Below are positions 36,538-40,546 of a stretch of DNA of 40,546 nucleotides, one piece after another. This DNA is from Thermoplasmata archaeon (lineage in GTDB: Archaea; Thermoplasmatota; Thermoplasmata; Lutacidiplasmatales; UBA184), in assembly GCA_022750355.1 (NCBI GenBank), contig JAKIVW010000003.1, positions 1 to 40,546 of the forward strand, given 5' to 3'. The notes beneath the pieces were generated by a model. That model was given only the letters and a program-made list of their open reading frames with translations. It did not search any database and was not told the DNA's origin. Every line of letters begins with the position of its first letter. Within the stretch, counting starts at the first letter, position 1. A program made the position numbers and the translations under genes.

Positions 36538-38031
36538 ATGGGGTTGCCCCTCGGCCGGCCCGTCACCGCGGAAGAGATGGCCGTCGCCGAGTCCAACGCG
36601 CAGGCCCTGGGTCTCTCTACGGACGTCCTCATGGAGAACGCGGGCCGGGTCGTCGCGGAGGAGGTCGTTCGCTCGCTCCCGACGCCGCAATCCCGAGTCG
36701 CCATTCTGGTCGGCCCCGGGAACAACGGGGGCGACGGCACGTGCGCGACGCACTACCTCCTCGAGTGGGACTATCGACCGGAGTTGTGGTTGGTCCAACC
36801 TCCCGCTCAGATCCGTTCGAGCGCCGCGCGCCGATGCTTCGACCGGGTCGCCCGACGCTGCCCCGTGCATCCCGGAATCCCGAGCCCGGGTGAACTGACC
36901 GCCTTCCCGCTGATCCTGGACGCGATGCTGGGCACCGGACAATCCGGTGTTCTCCGTCCCCCGTTCCGGGGCGCCGTCCGAGCCGCGCAGGAGAGCGGCG
37001 TCCCCGTACTCTCCGTGGACCTGCCCACGGGCGTGTCCGATCCGGACGGACTGCGACCGCAACGCACGGTCGCGCTCGCGGCGGCCAAGGCGGAGTATGC
37101 GGCCTCCCCCGGGGAACTGACCGTACGCGACATCGGGATTCCCGACGGGGCCTGGAGGGAAACCGGCCCCGGCGACTTCCTCTTCCTCCGTCACGCCCAC
37201 GGCCCGGAAGGACGCGGACGCACGGGGCGCCTCGTCGTGATCGGCGGGGGCCCGTACGCGGGTGCGCCGGCGTTGGCCGGGATGGCCGCCCTTCGTTCCG
37301 GAGCGGAACGGGCGACGATCTTGGCGCCCGGGGGTGTGTCGGATCGGATCCAGTCGTTCAGCCCAAACTTGATCGTCCGGGGGTTCGGCCGCGACCGCTT
37401 CACTCCGGCCGATGTCGGCCCCATGCTCCGGTTCCTCGACCAGACTCCGCCTCGCGCCGTCGTGATGGGGATGGGCGTAGGAACCGAGTCCGAAACGCTC
37501 GAAGCGCTGCGAGGACTCACCCGCTCGATCTTGGGTCGGTATCCCGTGGTGATCGACGCGGACGCGTTGTCCGTCCTCCCCGACATCGTGCGCGGCCGAA
37601 CACTCTCCCACCCGGTCTTGGCCACGCCCAACGGCGGCGAGTTCGTCCGAGTCTTCCAAGGTCCCAAGGATGGGACGACCGAAGGGCGGAGGACGGTGGC
37701 CCGCACCGCGAGCCAGGAGCTCGGGATCACGATCGTGGCCAAGGGCGACCCCGACCTCATCACGGAGGGAGCCGAGGTGTACGAGAATCGCCACCACTCC
37801 CTCTCGATGACGGTGGGAGGTTCGGGCGACGTGCTCGCGGGAGTGCTCGGCAGCTTGCTGGCCCAGGGACTGGGCGCGACCGCTGCCGCCCTGCTCGGTA
37901 CCTACTGGGTGGGCGAAGCGGGACTGCGGGTCGCCGCGACGCGGGGGGACGGCCTGGTCGCCACCGACCTCATCGAGGAACTTCCCGCCGTCCTCGTTGC
38001 GGGGTTGGGGCGCGTTCGCCACGCCAACTAG
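36538..38031 (+). CDS. nnr: Bifunctional NAD(P)H-hydrate repair enzyme (epimerase / ADP-dependent dehydratase)
   Basis: YjeF_N half (LMENAGRVVAEEV, LVGPGNNGGDG). Carbohydrate-kinase half (VIGGGPYAGAPALAGMAALRSGAE, GSGDVLAGVLGSLLAQG). Confidence 0.9.
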   Translation: MGLPLGRPVTAEEMAVAESNAQALGLSTDVLMENAGRVVAEEVVRSLPTPQSRVAILVGPGNNGGDGTCATHYLLEWDYRPELWLVQPPAQIRSSAARRCFDRVARRCPVHPGIPSPGELTAFPLILDAMLGTGQSGVLRPPFRGAVRAAQESGVPVLSVDLPTGVSDPDGLRPQRTVALAAAKAEYAASPGELTVRDIGIPDGAWRETGPGDFLFLRHAHGPEGRGRTGRLVVIGGGPYAGAPALAGMAALRSGAERATILAPGGVSDRIQSFSPNLIVRGFGRDRFTPADVGPMLRFLDQTPPRAVVMGMGVGTESETLEALRGLTRSILGRYPVVIDADALSVLPDIVRGRTLSHPVLATPNGGEFVRVFQGPKDGTTEGRRTVARTASQELGITIVAKGDPDLITEGAEVYENRHHSLSMTVGGSGDVLAGVLGSLLAQGLGATAAALLGTYWVGEAGLRVAATRGDGLVATDLIEELPAVLVAGLGRVRHAN

Positions 38032-38037
38032 TTCGAC

Positions 38038-38688
38038 CTAGACGTACCGCATCCGGCTGCGGATCTCTTTCGCGCGCTGTCGGACGTCCTTGGCCCCGAC
38101 CGGGTTCCCCTCGGCGTACCCTTCGTAGAACGCCTTGAGGAGAGTTTCCGCCTTCGGGTGGAGGGCCCTCAGGTCGCTCTCGGCAAGGTGAAGGTCGATG
38201 CCGAGCTCCTCGACCCCCGGGCTCCGGCTGCCCATCGAGAGGTCGATGAACGCGGGGGCACCGGCCGGGCCGTCGGGGAACAGGACGTTGGAACTCGTGA
38301 GATCCCCGTGCGAGATTCCGCCGGCGTGGAGCCGCCCGAGCGCCTTCCCGAAGGAACGGGTGGCCGAGGCGATAAGTTCGGTCTCGAGGCGGGAGTCCTC
38401 CAGTAGTTCCTTGAGGGTCGGTCCCGGCAGCTCCTCCAGGATCAGTCGGTGGCGCGCGAGGTCGATATCGTACAGGATCGGCGTCCGAATGCCCAGTCGA
38501 CGGGCGTCGACCAGGAGCCGCGCCTCGGTCCGGGTGCGTTCCCGACGCAGCCGGTCATCGAGTGCTTTGGGCCGGTAGGCCTTCGCGTCCCGCTCCTTCG
38601 CGAGCGCCGGGAACCCCCACCAGTCCACGCGTCGCAAGGCGGCCTCGGCTCCGCGCGCGGTGGGAGGAGCCTCGGAAGTTTCGGGCAC
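38038..38688 (-). CDS. bud32: Kae1-associated serine/threonine kinase Bud32 (KEOPS subunit)
   Basis: About 216 aa, a minimal RIO-like kinase with GAEA, RTRTEARLL, HGDLTSSNVLF and FIDLSMG. Confidence 0.85.
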   Translation of the reverse strand: MPETSEAPPTARGAEAALRRVDWWGFPALAKERDAKAYRPKALDDRLRRERTRTEARLLVDARRLGIRTPILYDIDLARHRLILEELPGPTLKELLEDSRLETELIASATRSFGKALGRLHAGGISHGDLTSSNVLFPDGPAGAPAFIDLSMGSRSPGVEELGIDLHLAESDLRALHPKAETLLKAFYEGYAEGNPVGAKDVRQRAKEIRSRMRYV

Positions 38689-38701
38689 GGACGGTTCTCC
38701 C

Positions 38702-39577
38702 TCAGTGGGGGGAGCGGCTCGCCGCCCGTCGGACGATCGCTTCGCGCGCGAGGCGCGCCGCGAGAGCGCTCGTGTTCCCGGTGTCGTATTGGGGGCTGAC
38801 CTCCATGATGTCCATTCCCACGAGGCGCGGGGCAGCCTGGTCGATGACGAACTTCACGTCGCGCGGGGTCAGGCCAAACGGTTCGGGCGTTCCGGTACCG
38901 CCGGCGTAGGCGGGATCGATAGCGTCGATATCTAGGGAGATGTACAGCCGATCGGTGCGGAGCATGTTGAGGGCGCGTTGGACCGCGGACTCGATCCCCT
39001 CCCGCGCGATCTCATGGGCCGTCACGAACGACATGCCCAGTTCGCGGTTGTCGTCCATCTCTTCCCCCGAGACCGAACGGACGCCCATCACGACGATGTT
39101 CCGCGCCCCCACCTTCTCCAGGATCCGTCGGGAGGAGCAGCCGTGGCTGCGTCGGTCGCCCAGATAGCTCGACCGGAAGTCCATGTGGGCGTCCAAGTAC
39201 AGGACGCCGAGGCTCGGGGCTCCGTCCGGGTACGCTTCCACGACCGGCGGGGAACAGGCATGGTCCCCGCCCAGAACAATCGGGACCTTGCCCGCGGCGT
39301 AGAGCGGACGGATCTCCGCACGGAGCGCATTGGCCATGTCCTCCGCCGACCCGAACTCCTCGGTGTTCCCGAGGTCGTGGATCGGGATGTCGGAAATGTC
39401 GAGCCCGGTCTCGAGGTCGTACGACTCGAAGTTCCAGGAGTGTTGCCGGATCGAATCCGGCCCGAACCGGGCCCCGGGGCGGAACGAGGTCGTCCGGTCG
39501 AACGGGACGCCCACCACGACGTACTCGGATTCTTCGAGGGTCGCATCGGCGTCGGCGAAGGTCGTCGGGCGTTGCAC
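38702..39577 (-). CDS. speB: Agmatinase (ureohydrolase family)
   Basis: GVPFD, GGDHACS, LYLDAHMDF, SLDIDAIDPAYAGGTGTPEPFG. The ORF extends to 39697, but that would overlap the upstream MFS gene by 86 nt. In-frame GTG 39577 is the preferred start. Confidence 0.85.
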   Translation of the reverse strand: MQRPTTFADADATLEESEYVVVGVPFDRTTSFRPGARFGPDSIRQHSWNFESYDLETGLDISDIPIHDLGNTEEFGSAEDMANALRAEIRPLYAAGKVPIVLGGDHACSPPVVEAYPDGAPSLGVLYLDAHMDFRSSYLGDRRSHGCSSRRILEKVGARNIVVMGVRSVSGEEMDDNRELGMSFVTAHEIAREGIESAVQRALNMLRTDRLYISLDIDAIDPAYAGGTGTPEPFGLTPRDVKFVIDQAAPRLVGMDIMEVSPQYDTGNTSALAARLAREAIVRRAASRSPH

Positions 39578-39611
39578 GGGCGACGGACGGCGGTGGGCTA
39601 TATCACGGTGG

Positions 39612-40546
39612 TCAAGAACCGGGAGGAGCGTCCGCGCCCGGCAGCGGCGCGTTCGAGGGACGGCCTTGGAGCCTCGCCCGGATTCCCATCTCGCCATACA
39701 GGAACTCCATGACGACGAGGGAGACGATCGTCGTGACGATCGCCATCCAGAACAGTCCCGGGTACCCCCAGAATTCGAGGAACACCGCTCCCACGAGCGG
39801 CCCGATGCTCCACATCGTGGAGTTGATGAGCGAGAAGAATCCGAGATACTCCGCTCGGTGTCCTTCGGGGGCGACCCCGGCCACGTAGACCTGCATCCCG
39901 GGCCCGACCAGCGAGAGGCCCGCGTTGCGGACGGCCTGCCCCGGGATCGTTTCCACCCAGTCGCTGGAGAAGAGGAAGATCCCGTACGAGGCGAGCGTGA
40001 GCACCGTTCCGTACCACACGCCCCGAATGGCCCCCCGTCGATCGATCATCCGGCCGAGGGGGAGAGAGACCAACGCGCCCGTCACGAGGCCGGCGATCGC
40101 GACGACGCTCACCTCGAGATCGCTCGCGCCGAGGCTGTACGCGAGGTATCCGTAGAACGCCGCGACCGCCCCGCTCCCGATGGCCCGGATCGAGACGGCG
40201 AACGAGAAGGCGGCGACCGGCCCCATCTCGCGCAGGGGCCGGCGCCGGGGCGTGGGTGTCACTCGGCTCTCTGGGACGAGGAAAATGACCACCGAGCTCG
40301 TGCCGACCATGACGGCGACGACGAACGGGATGAGGACCTCGAGCCCGAACCAGTACGTGAGAACCCCCGCCAGAATAAACCCGACAACGGCCCCCGCGTT
40401 CGAGGTGGCGTTCAGCAGCCCATACCCCTCTCCACGTTCGTCCGTCCGGGTCACGTCCGCGACGTAGGCAGTGTAGGCCGGCCCCCCGATCGCGAGCGCG
40501 ACCTCGGCCGCGATGAAGAGCCCCCCGGCGAGCGCCCAGCTCGGCG
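39612..40546 (-). CDS. MFS transporter, C-terminal part (the gene continues past the window end)
   Basis: Hydrophobic throughout, with a motif-A-like LGRMIDRRGAIRG loop. The reading frame stays open upstream of GTG 40454 to the window edge (...AAEVALAIGGPAYTAYVADVTRTDERGEGYG). Confidence 0.75.
   Translation of the reverse strand, partial: PSWALAGGLFIAAEVALAIGGPAYTAYVADVTRTDERGEGYGLLNATSNAGAVVGFILAGVLTYWFGLEVLIPFVVAVMVGTSSVVIFLVPESRVTPTPRRRPLREMGPVAAFSFAVSIRAIGSGAVAAFYGYLAYSLGASDLEVSVVAIAGLVTGALVSLPLGRMIDRRGAIRGVWYGTVLTLASYGIFLFSSDWVETIPGQAVRNAGLSLVGPGMQVYVAGVAPEGHRAEYLGFFSLINSTMWSIGPLVGAVFLEFWGYPGLFWMAIVTTIVSLVVMEFLYGEMGIRARLQGRPSNAPLPGADAPPGS

Noticed and set aside
36322-38022. 566-aa minus-strand ORF antisense to aIF-1A and nnr (likewise 20160..21488 antisense to RPA/RPAP)
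   Set aside because: Same GC artefact. The plus strand encodes strongly conserved proteins.
1-40546. CRISPR arrays, IS elements/transposases, toxin-antitoxin or known defence genes
   Set aside because: No short direct-repeat/spacer periodicity, no terminal inverted repeats and no matching protein motifs were seen on either strand.

Overview
This is a very GC-rich archaeal chromosomal segment. Archaeal hallmarks are aIF-1A, Bud32 kinase, an RPA/RPA-associated-protein pair, a class III (prepilin-type) signal-peptide protein, TATA-like boxes 25-35 nt upstream of start codons, an oligo-T terminator and a C/D box sRNA candidate. A TPP riboswitch and repeated TGLPxGxxWxV beta-sandwich domains suggest a Thermoplasmata-like euryarchaeon (inference). 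Gene order, left to right: a partial tRNA-Arg(GCG) whose 3' 19 nt recur 1.25 kb downstream (att-like), bracketing a SAM methyltransferase. Then a surface-protein neighbourhood: pilin-like protein, P-loop kinase, frameshifted PQQ-like beta-propeller protein and a GH-A-like protein. Then a methyltransferase, an aconitase with an internal out-of-frame deletion, and a thiBPQ-type ABC importer preceded by a clear TPP riboswitch. Next come pdxS, a GT4 glycosyltransferase, pyrF, a frameshifted RPA plus RPAP, a C/D box sRNA candidate, a membrane FKBP-type PPIase and a COG1340-like coiled-coil protein. A methyltransferase translationally coupled to larB follows, then a ~1090-aa YVTN double-propeller surface protein and a zinc-ribbon membrane protein. 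The window ends with acyl-CoA dehydrogenase, etfB, etfA, GNAT, fixC, a PH-domain membrane protein, an amidohydrolase, aIF-1A, nnr, bud32, speB and a partial MFS transporter. No CRISPR array, transposase, integrase or recognisable defence system was seen. The most unusual signals are as follows. One ectodomain of unknown function appears on two different membrane anchors, each next to a giant propeller surface protein. Three otherwise conserved genes are disrupted. A TGLP domain copy lies C-terminal to the membrane anchor of the YVTN protein. Many long ORFs in the track are GC-driven antisense or out-of-frame artefacts.
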